From: an uncultured Chloroflexia bacterium
GTDB lineage: Bacteria; Chloroflexota; Limnocylindria; Limnocylindrales; CSP1-4
Assembly (NCBI GenBank): GCA_963734895.1
Contig: CAVTIN010000001.1
Location: forward strand, 18,990 to 82,989
Direction: 5' to 3'
Length of the DNA stretch: 64,000 nt
The position numbers were made by a program, and so were the translations under genes. This document shows, in pieces, positions 51,318-62,624 of this stretch (positions are counted from its first letter, which is position 1; each line of letters opens with the position of its first letter). Below the pieces are notes generated by a model. It was not told the origin of the DNA, made no database searches, and saw only the letters and a program-made list of their open reading frames with translations.

Positions 51318-53011
51318 GGCGAGGGCCGCCTGGTGGAAATCGGTGCCGGGACGGCGGCGACGCCGGCGCACACGATGCGGAACACGCGGATCCCATCGAG
51401 CGCTCCCACCTTCGCCGGATCGTCCGGGATCGGCAGCAGGACCTCCTGGAAGCACCGGGCGTCCGGCGCCGGCCCATCGAGCACCGCGGGCCATTGGCCG
51501 TGACCAGGATCGGCGGAGATGAGCCAGCGGGCGCCGAACCGCGTGGCGAGGTCGAGCACGTCGGCCGGTGACTCGTCGGGCAGCCCCAGCGTGGGCACTC
51601 GCTCCGTCTCGGCCAGCCAGATGGGGAAGTCCGTGATCACCGGAGTCGATCCGTCAAGGGGGGCACCGATCGCCTCCATCTGCTGCGCCAGCACGTCGTA
51701 CATCCCCTCGGTCGCGCGCGACCCGCCTCCGAACCCGGGCAGCAGCACCACGGTGAACAGGGCGGAGGCGAACACGCCCAGCAGCGGACCGAGCCAGGCG
51801 ACCGGCCGCGTCCAGCCCCGGCGTCGTCCAAGCGCGGCGATCCCGGCATCGAGCGCACCCAGCGCGGACAGGATCAGCAGCACGTGCACCGGAACGGCCG
51901 CGTGGAGGAAGGTGCCCCAGGTCGTCGCCACCGGGAACAGCAGGCTGGTGACGAGGAACGTGACGACGGACAGGATCACCAGCGGCCGCAGGACGCGATC
52001 GCGAGCCTGCCACGGGAGCGCGAGCAGGCCGAGGATCGACAGCGGGACCCCCAGGAACAGGAGGACGTTGCCCAGGTTGTGGCCGATCCCGGTGATCCGC
52101 ATGTCGAGCAGCGCTCCGGGTCCCACGGCGAGGTATCGCGACAGCGTCGGTGGCACGTTCCACGCGAAGATGTCGAAGCCGGACACCGACAATGCGTTGG
52201 AGACGGCCTGCCCCGGCAGCGGGTTGCCGAACACGACCCAGTCGCGGATCGCCCACGGCGCGAACACCGCCAGGCTGACGGCCGCCACCACGCCGATCAG
52301 CCGCAGCCGGATCGCGCGAGGCTGCGCGGGCAGCCGCCAGGCCAGCCATGCCCAGGCGAGGGCGAGCCAGACCGCCTCGTTGCGCGTCAGTGCCGCCGCG
52401 CCGAGGACCAGGCCCAGGCCGATCAGCCGTGGATCCCGGTATCGCGCGCCCGCCGGCGCTCGAAGGATGCGCGTCATCAGCAGGCACGCGGCAAGCGCGA
52501 GCACGCCGAACAGCATCGTGGAGTCCGGCAGCGCCGAGTGCAGGACCAGCGGCAGATAGACAGCGGTGGTCAGCCCGGTGCCGATGGCCAGCGTCCGCGC
52601 CCGCCCGACCGGCAGGTTGCGCTCGCGCGCGAGGTCGGCGGCCAGCCGCCAGGCCAGGACGACGAGCAGCGCCCCCAGCAGCGCCGAGGTGACCTGGGCC
52701 GCGCGCATCGCCGTCTCGAGCGGGATCGGCGCCCGTGCGCCCGACAGCACCATGGGGATCGCGTCGAGCAGCGACGGCAGCGGAAGCCAGACCTCGAACG
52801 CCGGCCGTGGGAACACCAGCGGCGGTGTCCCGTAGCTCCACAGCGCGTCGGACACGAGACCGCGCCCTTCGACCAGGTTGCGGGCAACTCCCACGTAGTA
52901 GGCGGTGTCCTCGGGTCTCGGGAAGGGGATCGTCGAGGCGGCGACCGCTCGCACGACGAGGGCAGCGACGAACAGGCCGATGGCGCTCAGCCAGGCCTCG
53001 CGGCGGCTCAT
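51314..53011 (-). CDS. GT-C fold (ArnT/PMT-like) membrane glycosyltransferase
   Basis: PEDTAYYVGVARNL loop after TM1, LTRNE, PWAIRD motifs; many TM helices. Confidence 0.8.
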   Translation of the reverse strand: MSRREAWLSAIGLFVAALVVRAVAASTIPFPRPEDTAYYVGVARNLVEGRGLVSDALWSYGTPPLVFPRPAFEVWLPLPSLLDAIPMVLSGARAPIPLETAMRAAQVTSALLGALLVVLAWRLAADLARERNLPVGRARTLAIGTGLTTAVYLPLVLHSALPDSTMLFGVLALAACLLMTRILRAPAGARYRDPRLIGLGLVLGAAALTRNEAVWLALAWAWLAWRLPAQPRAIRLRLIGVVAAVSLAVFAPWAIRDWVVFGNPLPGQAVSNALSVSGFDIFAWNVPPTLSRYLAVGPGALLDMRITGIGHNLGNVLLFLGVPLSILGLLALPWQARDRVLRPLVILSVVTFLVTSLLFPVATTWGTFLHAAVPVHVLLILSALGALDAGIAALGRRRGWTRPVAWLGPLLGVFASALFTVVLLPGFGGGSRATEGMYDVLAQQMEAIGAPLDGSTPVITDFPIWLAETERVPTLGLPDESPADVLDLATRFGARWLISADPGHGQWPAVLDGPAPDARCFQEVLLPIPDDPAKVGALDGIRVFRIVCAGVAAVPAPISTRRPSP

Positions 53012-54657
53012 CGGGTGCCTCCGACGAGGAGCGCGCTCGCGCCCGCTGAGCAGCGCGGGTCATCGGCGGCAAGGCAGACCGGGTACACGGACACGTCGTC
53101 GCGGCTGGTGATCGGCGGGCCTACCCACGCGGGTCGCTGGTGATCGACCAGGATCGCGCGCGCCGCGGGAACCGTATCGGCCTTCTCCAGGACCAGCCAG
53201 CGGATGTCGTACGCGCGCGCGACCGCCTCGACGGTGTCCAGCGGGTCGTTGACCAGGACGACCCCCGGGTGTCCGGTCCAGTAGCGATAGCCGGCGGCAT
53301 CGATCGACATCACGCGGTCCGACGCCGGAGCCCCGGCAGCGTCGAGCGCGGCACCGACCGCCTCCATCCGCTGGCGCTTGGCGTCCCACGTGGCATGCAC
53401 GCTGATCGCGCCGAAGACCGCGGCGAGGACGCCGAACGCGACCGCGCCACTCACGAACACCCGCGATGCCCGGGCCACGTCCCAGCCTCGCCGGCGAGCC
53501 GCGAGCCAGGCAATCCCGGCCACGATTCCGTCCAGCGCGAGCACATACCCGTGCGGCACCAGCGCGACGGCGGAGTGGATGAACGTTCCGCCGGGCACGT
53601 GCACGGCCGAGACCAGGGCGCTGAACGAGAACAGCAGCACGGCATAGCCAAGGAACGGGCCGAAGGTCGCGTCGCCGCGCCGCCGCCAGGCGCCGGCGAG
53701 CATGAACGGCACCAGCACCAGCACGCCCACGAGGATGCTGAAGATGAACATCGCGGCAACGAGGCCGCCCAGCCGGCTCAGCAGCAGCGGCCCGATGCCC
53801 ATGCCCAGCAGGTGGTCGAGCGTGGCCGGGATCGTGATGCTGTTCCACTCGCCGATGTCGCGGATGAACAGCACCTTGCCCGACGCCGTGGACGGAGACA
53901 GCGACCCGAACACGGCCAGCTGGCGCAGGTACCACGGACCGACCGAGACCGCGAACAGGGCGACGGCCCCGAGCGCCGCGACCAGCGGGATCCGGGCCGG
54001 GCGGGCCGGCCGATCCCCGAACGGCCGCCGCGTGCGCCATCGATCCCACAGGAACACGGCGCCCAGGACGGCCAGCACGAGCACCCCGTCGTTGCGTGAC
54101 AGCGTCGCCAGCCCGGCGAGCAGCCCCGCCAGCGCGAAGTCCCGCGGCCGGCCGCGAAGCCCTCGTGCGGCGAGCCACAGCGACCCGGCGACCAGCGGCT
54201 GGTACAGCGAGAAGTTGTCGGGCTGTGCCATGTACACGAACGACAGCGCTGGGAACGCGGTCAGCACGCCGGCCGCGGCCGCGACGAACGGGGAGAGCCC
54301 CGCGTCGCGCGCGATCGCCCAGGCCAGCGGCGCCGCGAACGCGCCGGCGATCGCGAACGGCAGGGCCGAGGCCATCGCCGTGGGACCCAGCAGCCAGATG
54401 AACGGCACCTGCACCAGCGACGCGAGCGGCATCCAGTGGGCGTTGGACGCGATCGGCAGGACCGGGTTGGCCGGGATCTTCCCGCCCACCTCGGCGAAGA
54501 TCCAGACCACGTCCACGTGGAAGCCGTGGCCGGCGGCCAGCTGGCGCGCCACGTCCACGTAGTAGAACGAGTCGGGGTAGGCCGGGTCCGGAAAGCCGGC
54601 CGCGACCACCAGGCGGGCCACGAGGGCGAGCGCATACAGGGCGATGGGTGTTCGCAC
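53008..54657 (-). CDS. GT-C fold (ArnT/PMT-like) membrane glycosyltransferase, paralog of the downstream gene
   Basis: YPDSFYYVDVARQL, HWMPL, LSRND, PWYLRQ, GGTFIHSA align by eye with the neighbouring gene. Confidence 0.8.
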   Translation of the reverse strand: MRTPIALYALALVARLVVAAGFPDPAYPDSFYYVDVARQLAAGHGFHVDVVWIFAEVGGKIPANPVLPIASNAHWMPLASLVQVPFIWLLGPTAMASALPFAIAGAFAAPLAWAIARDAGLSPFVAAAAGVLTAFPALSFVYMAQPDNFSLYQPLVAGSLWLAARGLRGRPRDFALAGLLAGLATLSRNDGVLVLAVLGAVFLWDRWRTRRPFGDRPARPARIPLVAALGAVALFAVSVGPWYLRQLAVFGSLSPSTASGKVLFIRDIGEWNSITIPATLDHLLGMGIGPLLLSRLGGLVAAMFIFSILVGVLVLVPFMLAGAWRRRGDATFGPFLGYAVLLFSFSALVSAVHVPGGTFIHSAVALVPHGYVLALDGIVAGIAWLAARRRGWDVARASRVFVSGAVAFGVLAAVFGAISVHATWDAKRQRMEAVGAALDAAGAPASDRVMSIDAAGYRYWTGHPGVVLVNDPLDTVEAVARAYDIRWLVLEKADTVPAARAILVDHQRPAWVGPPITSRDDVSVYPVCLAADDPRCSAGASALLVGGTR

Positions 54658-54771
54658 AGCCGGTGCAGCCTAGCACCGGGGGTGGGGCGCATCAGAGGGG
54701 TACGAACGGGCTATCGGGGTGCGGCAGCGGACCCGTCGCGAGGGCCCCGCCCGAACGAGTATCGTGCGCCG

Positions 54772-55669
54772 GTGACTTCCGCGCCTCGGCACAGGATCTC
54801 CCCGGGCGGCCGCCGTTCGTTGCGAGCCGTCGCAATCCTCGCGGCGGTTGTGGGTGTGCTGCTGGGGCTCGAGACCCTCGTGCTCCACCTGTCGTCCGAT
54901 CCGTTCGCCGACACCCGCGTGTACTACGACGCGGCAACGCGTCTGAACTCTGGCTTGCCGCTGTACGACGCATCGGCAACGAACAGCATCGGGCTGTATC
55001 TCAACCCGCCGTTGCTCGCCATCCTGTTCCGGCCGCTGGCGCTCATGCCGTTCGAAGTCGCGGCCGCGACGTGGGAGCTGATCGTGGTGGGTTCACTCGT
55101 GCTCGTGCTGCGGCGCATCGGCCTGCGAGAGCCTGTGCTCATCGCGCTCGGCTGCCTCGCGCTGCCGATCCTCTGGGCGCTGAGCGTCGGCCAGGCTGAG
55201 CCGGTGGTGACGCTCCTGCTCGCGATCGGGAGCCCTGCCGCGGTCGCATTCGCAGGGCACCTGAAGCTGCTCCCATGGCTCGTTGCGGTGTTCTGGATCG
55301 GGCGGCGTGACCTGCGGTCGCTCGGGCGCTTTGCCGGTTGGGCCTTGGCGATCGGGGCAATCCAGCTTGTGCTGGAACCGGCCGGCACGCTCGCGTACGT
55401 GCAGCTGACATGGCTCCAACCCGCGTTCGATGTCCGCAACGTCTCGCCGTTCGCCATCCACCCCGTGCTGTGGCTTGCCATGGTTGCCGGTCTGACTGCC
55501 GCTGCACTGCGCCTGGCGCGCACGCCCTGGGGTTGGCCGCTGGCGGTATCGCTCGCCGTTCTCACGTATCCGCGGCTGCTCGTGTACCAGCTGACATCGC
55601 TGCTCGCGGCGTTCGGCGGGCCCCGGTCCCCAGGCGGAGGGATCCGCCCCGTGGTGGTCCTCGCATTGA
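54772..55669 (+). CDS. GT87-like (DUF2029) membrane glycosyltransferase; reads in-frame into the next gene as given
   Basis: DTRVYYDAA, YLNPPLLA, GQAE, LKLLP motifs; out-of-frame TGA overlaps ATG 55669. Confidence 0.7.
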
Positions 55670-57435
55670 TGCCCGCCACCCTGCCCGCCCCTGTCGGCCG
55701 CCGAGACGTGGTCGCGCTGACGATTCTCAGCCTGATCGGCGTTGGCGTCCCCCTCTGGCTGTCAGCGGCAGCGGGTGCCATCGGCATCCCGGGCAACGAC
55801 GGCTGGGTGTACATGCAAGCAGCGGAGGGCCTGTTCCGGACGGGCAGTCTGGACATGCCCGGCCACACGGCGGCGTCGGTCGGGCAGGTCGTGACCGTCC
55901 AGCCCTTCCTGTGGCTGTCGGGCGGCGACCCCTGGGCGTTCACCGCCTACGGGCTGGTTCTCACGCTGATCGGCGTGGTGGCCACGTATCTCCTCGCCCG
56001 GTGCTTCGTCGGGACGGGAGCTGCGGTCCTGGTGGTGCTGCTGGTGGAGGCCTTCCCGGGGTTTGCCCGCGAGACCGTGGCGTTCATGACCGACGTTCCA
56101 ACGTATGCGCTCACGATGCTGTGCCTCCTCCTGGGCGTCCGGTGGCTCCAGGGCGGAAGCCGGCGGATGGAGCTGGCCGCGTCAATGGCGGTCGGCCTGC
56201 TGGCGGTCAGCATCCGGGAGTTCGCCCTGGCGGCGCCGGTCGCGATCCTGGTTGTCGGCTGGGCCCGCGGCCGCGCGGACGAGCGCGCGTGGCTTGCCGC
56301 GTGTCGGCTGCGCTTGCCGTTGGCGTCCTGGCTGTCCTCGCCTTTGTTGCCTCGATCACGGGCCGGTCCGTGCCGACGACGCCGGACATCGGGAGGCTGG
56401 CGATCATCGGGCCGGCCTTCGCGACGCTCGCCGCGGTGCTCCTTCCTGCCACCGCGCTGGCCGTGGGCCGGCGCATCGCAACGGTCACCGCCGGCCAGGT
56501 CATCCTCGCGGCCGGCGTCATCCTTTGCTGCGCCGTCGTGGCGTTCCCGCACGGTGCGCTCGCGGGAAACCTGTGGCTTGCGAATGGGATCGCCGGCAAC
56601 GACCTGCTGGCAGGGAGTCGCGATGCGGTGATCGGTGACTACGCATGGGCACTGTCGGAGCAGCTGGCCTGGTTCGCGGCGATGCTCCTTGCCGCCCTGG
56701 CCATCCGGTCGGTCGAGACGGCCGCGGGAGCGGCCCGATCGCGAGTCGCGCTCAAGGCATCCGTCCGACGCGTCGCCGACGGCACGGAGGCACCATTGAT
56801 GGTGTTTCTGGCGGTGTACGTCGCGGGCCTCCTCGCGTTTGCGTCGGTCGGCACCATCCTCGACCGATACCTCTTCCTCATCGTTCCCGCCTCGGCCGTC
56901 CTCCTCCTGCGGGGCGCCCCCAGGCGGGATGGCCTCGGCCGGAGTCATGCGTTCGCCCACGGCGCTTTCGCGTGGCTCGCCGTTTCCGGGATCGTCATCG
57001 CAGCCAACTCGTTCGCATACGATGCGGCGCGCTGGCGCGCCGGCTGGATGCGGTGGCGATGGGCTATGACGCGGCGACCGTGGACGCCGGCTACGAATGG
57101 GTCGGGTACCACGCGAACGGGGCGGGCAACGCGGATCCCGGCTATGGCATCACCTGGTACGACGATTGGATCGCAAACGCGCGTCCCTGCGCGGTCGTGT
57201 CCAATACCCAGGTGGAGCTCGGCAGATTCCGACTCATCGGGGTGGACCGGCGGCCTACCGCAAGTACCTGTTCCTTGGTCCCGCCCAACCGCTGTTCCTG
57301 TACGGTGCCCTGGCGGCCGCGTGTCCGAGGCTTCCCTCCAGGCCTCGCGGCGCGGCGACCCCAGACGCTGACGGGCTCGGTTCGCTGACTGGCTGCGGGT
57401 GGCTACACTTCCGCCATCGTCCGCAGCGGCGCTAG
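55669..57435 (+). CDS. GT-C fold membrane glycosyltransferase, split by about three frameshifts
   Basis: [30 protein letters not shown] motifs spread over successive frames (shifts near 56305, 57045, 57250). Confidence 0.65.
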
Positions 57436-57454
57436 CAGCACACGGGGGCGGATC

Positions 57455-58286
57455 TTGAAGGTCGTCATCCTGGCCGGCGGTCTCGGCACCCGGTTGTCCG
57501 AGGAGACCGCCGCCCGGCCCAAGCCCATGGTGGAGATCGGCGATCGGCCGATCCTCTGGCACATCATGAAGAGCTACAGCCACTACGGGTTCAGCGACTT
57601 CGTGGTCTGCCTGGGCTACAAGGGCTACATGATCAAGGAGTACTTCTCCAACTACTTCCTCCACATGTCGGACGTGACGTTCGACATGCGCGACAACTCG
57701 ATGGAGGTCCACCAGAACGCCGCCGAGCCGTGGCGCGTGACGCTGGTCGACACGGGCGCCAACACGCAGACGGGCGGCCGCCTCAAGCGCGTCGCCGACT
57801 ACGTCCGCGACGAGACCTTCATGCTGACCTACGGCGACGGCGTGGCGGACATCGACATCCCGGCGGCTGCTCGCCTTCCACCGGGCCCACGGCAAGCTGG
57901 CGACGATCACCGCCGTCCAGCCGATGGGCCGCTTCGGGGCGCTGCAGATCGACGAGGACGAGACGGTCGAGCACTTCTCCGCGCCCGTCGTCCGGGCGTT
58001 CCAGGAGAAGCCGGAAGGCGACGGCGCCTGGGTCAACGGCGGGTTCTTCGTGCTGGAGCCGGCGGTGCTCGACCGGATCGCCGGGGACCAGACGCCCTTC
58101 GAGGGCGCACCGCTCGAGAGCCTGGCGGCCGACGGCGAGCTGCGCGCCTACCGCCATCACGGGTTCTGGCAGCCGATGGATGCGCTGCGGGACCTTCGCG
58201 CGCTCCAGGCGCTGTGGGACTCGGGCGAGGCGCCGTGGGCCGTCTGGAAGCACGACGAACATGGGGAGCCAGATGGGCATCGCTGA
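57455..58286 (+). CDS. rfbF: Glucose-1-phosphate cytidylyltransferase, one frameshift near 57866
   Basis: [32 protein letters not shown] then [15 protein letters not shown] in the next frame. Confidence 0.9.
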
Positions 58287-59386
58287 GACCTACGCCGGCC
58301 GCAACGTCTTCGTCACGGGACATACCGGGTTCAAGGGTTCGTGGATCTCCCAGTGGCTGGTGACGCTTGGCGCCCACGTCACCGGCTACGCGCTGGATCC
58401 GCCGACGCAGCCCAGCCTGTTCGACGCCCTGGACCTCCGCTCGCGGATGGACCACGTCGTCGCCGACGTCCGGGACCGCAGCCGCCTCGCCGCGGAGGTC
58501 GACGCCGCGCAGCCGTCGGTGATCTTCCACCTCGCCGCCGAGGCGATCGTCCGCCGGGGCTACGTTCAGCCGGTCGAGACCTTCGAGACCAACGTGATGG
58601 GCACCGTGAACCTGCTCGAGGCGGCGCGGTCCTGCCCGTCGGTGCGCGCGGTCGTCATGATCACCAGCGACAAGTGCTACCAGAACCCCGACACGGCCCA
58701 GGCCTTCCGCGAGACGGATCCCATGGGCGGGCGCGACCCGTACAGCGCGAGCAAGGGGTGCGCCGAGCTCGTGACCTCCGCATATCGGGACAGCTTCTTC
58801 GCCGACGGCGCCTCGGTGGCATCCGTCCGGGCCGGCAACGTCATCGGTGGCGGCGACTGGGCGCTGGACCGCCTGCTCCCGGACATGGCCCGGGCGGTCG
58901 CCGCGGGCGAGGTGGTCATCGTCCGAAACCCGGACGCGACGCGGCCCTGGCAGTACGTGCTGGAGCCGCTGTCGGGCTACCTGCGCCTGGGATCGCTGCT
59001 GCTGCGGCCAGGACGGTCGTCGCTACGCGGAAGCCTGGAACTTCGGGCCGACGGACACGGGCGGGGATCGCCCCGTGCGCTGGGTCGTGGACCGCTTCCT
59101 CGAGGGCTGGGGCGCGGGCACCTGGAGCACGCCGACGAATGCCGGCCCGCAGCCGCACGAGGACAACCGGCTCAGCCTGGACAGCAGCAAGGCGCGCGAG
59201 CGGCTCGGCTGGGCGCCGGTGTGGGATGGGCCGACGGCCGTGCGCCGGGCCGCGGAGTGGTACCGCGAGTACTACCGGGCCCCTGCGAGGGCTCTCGAGC
59301 TGGTCGAAGATCACCTCCACGCCTACCAGGCGGACGCCCGCGCGATGGGGCTGCCCTGGGCCGCCAGCGAGGAATCGACCACGTGA
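58273..59386 (+). CDS. rfbG: CDP-glucose 4,6-dehydratase, one frameshift near 59004
   Basis: [37 protein letters not shown] then AWNFGP in the next frame. Confidence 0.9.
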
Positions 59387-60757
59387 CGTTGCCGCGCCAC
59401 GACGCCGCAGACACCCGCAGCCAGATCCTGGAGCTCGTCGGCCAGTACTACCGGGAGCGGCACGCGCCGGTCCCGTTCGATCCGGAGCGGGACCCCGTGC
59501 GCTATTCCGGCCGCGTGTTCGGCGAGGAGGAGCTCCGCCTGCTGGTCGATTCGAGCCTCGACTTCTACCTCACGGCCGGCCGCTTCACGGAGCAGTTCGA
59601 GGCCGGGTTCGCGGACCATCTCGGCCGCTCTGACGCGCTGTTCGTCAACTCCGGCTCGTCGGCCAACCTGGTCGCGCTCGCGACGCTCACCTCGCCCAAG
59701 CTCGGCGACCGACGCCTCCAGCCCGGCGACGAGGTGATCACGGTCGCGGCGGGCTTCCCCAGCACCGTGGCGCCGATCGTCCAGCACGGTCTGGTCCCGG
59801 TGTTCGTGGATGTCAGCCTGGACGGCTACAACGCGGATCCGGACGGGCTCCGGGCGGCCGTCGGGCCGCGGACCCGGGCGATCATGCTGGCGCACACGCT
59901 GGGCGTGCCGTTCGACGTCGACACGGTCATGGAGCTGGTCGAAAAGCACGACCTGTGGCTGGTCGAGGACAACTGCGACGCTCTCGGTGCGCGCTACCGC
60001 GACCGGCTCACCGGGACCTTCGGCCACCTGGCCACGTCGTCCTTCTACCCCGCCCACCAGATCACGACCGGCGAGGGTGGCATGGTCGTGACCGATGACG
60101 AGGCGCTGGCCAGGATCGCGCGCTCGATCCGCGATTGGGGCCGCGACTGCTATTGCCTGGGCGGCGAGAACAACACCTGCGGCAAGCGCTTCAGCCAGCA
60201 GTTCGGCAGCCTGCCGCACGGCTACGACCACAAGTACGTGTACAGCCATCTCGGCTACAACCTGAAGGCCACGGACATGCAGGCGGCCATCGGCGTTGCC
60301 CAGCTGGCCCGTCTCGACGGGTTCGTCGCCGCCCGCAGGCACAACCACGCCCGCCTGCTCGAGGCGCTCCGACCCTACGAGGACCGGCTCCTGCTGCCGA
60401 TGACGCCGCCGCACACCGATCCGTCCTGGTTCTCGTTCGTGATCACCGTTCGCGAGGACGCGGGGTTCACGCCGCAACGAGCTGACCGGGTTCCTGGAGG
60501 CGAACCGGATCGAGACCCGCAGCCTGTTCAGCGGCAACCTGCTGCGGCACCCGGCGTTCGAGTCCATCGAGCGGCGGGTCATCGGCGACCTGCCGAACAC
60601 CGATGCCGTCATGAACCGGACGTTCTTCGTGGGCGTGTACCCGGGGATCGACGACGCCCGGCTGGACTACATGGCCGACGTGTTCGGCCGGTTCATGGCC
60701 GGGGCGCGCGAGGCGGCCGGGTCGGTGCACGCCCCCGCGCCGGCAGCGGACCGCTGA
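59383..60757 (+). CDS. rfbH: CDP-4-keto-6-deoxyglucose 3-dehydrase (E1), one frameshift near 60472
   Basis: NSGSSANL, EDNCDALG, SFYPAHQITTGEGG (His in place of Lys), RDCYC...NTC, YDHKY motifs. Confidence 0.9.
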
Positions 60758-60764
60758 GCGGGCG

Positions 60765-61461
60765 GTGGCGGTCGTCCGGCGGATGCCCTGCACGGTGCGC
60801 GGCGTGATCGACCACGGCGAGCGCGTGTACACGGTGGACCTGGAGCCGTCGATGGCGGTGCCCCGGTTCACGCCGGGGCAGTTCCTGCACCTCGCCCTCG
60901 ATCCGTACGAGGCCGACGGCTTCTGGCCGGAGTCCCGCGTGTTCTCGATCGCGAGCTCGCCCGACGAGCGGGACCGCCTGTCGATCACGTACGCGGTCAA
61001 GGGCGCCTTCACGACCCGGATGGAGCGCGAGCTCGCGGTTGGCGGTTCAGCGCCTGGGTCAAGCTGCCGTACGGGGAGTTCGTGGTCGAGCCGGACCGGG
61101 ACGCGGTGCTGTTCGCCGGTGGGACCGGGATCACCGCGTTCACGGCGTTCCTGCGATCGCTGGCGCCGGAGCGAACTTCGCGGGTGGTCCTGTTCTACGG
61201 CGCCCGGACGCCGGACCTGTTCGTCTACGGCGACCTGGCTCGAGGCACGAGCCCGCGAGGTTCCGGCGCTGACGTGCCACCTCGTGTGCGAGGCGACGGA
61301 CGGCAGGCTGGACGTGGATGCCGCCTGGCCGGCGATCGACGACGCTGGAGAACCCGCTGTTCTACCTGAGCGGGCCGCCGGCGATGCTCGCGGCGCTCAC
61401 CGGGCAGCTGCAGGGCCGCGGCGTGCCTGAGGGCGCGATCCGTACCGACGCATGGGAGTGA
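60765..61461 (+). CDS. FNR-like FAD/NAD oxidoreductase (E3-like partner), about three frameshifts
   Basis: FTPGQF, RVFSIAS, LPYGEF, AGGTG, YLSGPP motifs across frames; GTGA overlap with the next gene. Confidence 0.78.
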
Positions 61462-62624
61462 GCGCCGGCACCGCCGATACCTGCCGCCTCTGCGGCGCAG
61501 GCCTGCCGGCGACCGTGCTGGTTGAACTCGCGTCCGCCCCACGCGGTGCACAGGCTTTCCTTACCGAGGCTGAGGCCGCATCGGACGCTCCGATCTCGAT
61601 CGCTGTCCGGCAGTGCGCCGCGTGCGGGCTCGTCCAGACGACGAGCGAGCCCGTGCCGAACTGGCAACATGTCATCCGCTCCGGCGGCCACTCGCCGTCG
61701 ATGCGAGACGTTCGGCGGCGCCAGTTCGAGGCGCTCCTCGCACTTGCGGGGCGACCCGGCCTGCGAGTGCTCGAGGCTGGTAGCGGCCCAGGCGAGAATC
61801 TTTCGCTCTTGGTCGACCTTGGAGCGAACGCGTACGGCGTCGAAGCCTCGCCCGCAAACGTGGCCAAGAGCACGGCGGGCGGCCTGACGGTCGAGCAGGC
61901 GTTTCCGGCCAGCGGGCAGGCCCTCCGCGACGCTCCGTTCGACGCGTTTGTCACCACCAACGTGCTCGAGCACGCAGTGAATCCGCGCGACTTCCTCGCT
62001 GGGATCCGAGAGAATCTCGTCGGAGACGGGATCGGGCTCGTGGAGGTGCCGAGCCTCGAGCGGATGGTCGAACGACGGCGCGCGTACGACGTCATCGCCG
62101 ATCACCTCTCGTACTTCACGGCCGAGACGCTCCGCCTGGCTCTCGAGCTCTCCGGCTTCGAGGTGATTCAGATAAGCCGCGATTGGTGGCCCGACGACCT
62201 GACAGCGATCGTCCGGTGTCGGCTGCCAGCGACATTTGGCAACGCTCAGGCTGACTTGGACCGGGCGGTGGCAGCGGTGCGGGGTTTCATCGATGTGCAC
62301 GCCGGCATTGGGCCCGTGGCGGTTTGGGGCGCCAGCCACCAGGCGCTGACCCTGCTCGCGTTGGCTGGTGCCGCCGATGTCTCCTACGTGATCGACTCCG
62401 CTGCGTCCAAGCAGGGTCGGCTCACGCCCGCTACACACCTCAGCGTGGTGGCACCCACGCACCTCGCCGCGGATCCGCCCGCCGCGGTGCTCGTCATGGC
62501 AGCTGGCTACAGTGACGAGGTCGCCCGAAGCCTGCGGACGGAGCACGGCTACGAGCGAACGGTGGGCGTCCTGCGTGACGGCGGGGTGGAGCTCGTTCCA
62601 ATCCCCGGTGACGGCTCGACATGA
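61458..62624 (+). CDS. SAM-dependent methyltransferase, NDP-sugar C-methyltransferase-like
   Basis: CRLC and CAACGLVQ Zn motifs, LEAGSGPG, VLEH, VWGA, KQGR motifs. Confidence 0.82.
   Translation: MSAGTADTCRLCGAGLPATVLVELASAPRGAQAFLTEAEAASDAPISIAVRQCAACGLVQTTSEPVPNWQHVIRSGGHSPSMRDVRRRQFEALLALAGRPGLRVLEAGSGPGENLSLLVDLGANAYGVEASPANVAKSTAGGLTVEQAFPASGQALRDAPFDAFVTTNVLEHAVNPRDFLAGIRENLVGDGIGLVEVPSLERMVERRRAYDVIADHLSYFTAETLRLALELSGFEVIQISRDWWPDDLTAIVRCRLPATFGNAQADLDRAVAAVRGFIDVHAGIGPVAVWGASHQALTLLALAGAADVSYVIDSAASKQGRLTPATHLSVVAPTHLAADPPAAVLVMAAGYSDEVARSLRTEHGYERTVGVLRDGGVELVPIPGDGST

Noticed and set aside
57730-60807. 1025-aa RfbG-RfbH fusion in the ORF track
   Set aside because: Produced by frameshifts; rfbG ends at 59386 and rfbH starts at GTG 59383 in a normal GTGA overlap
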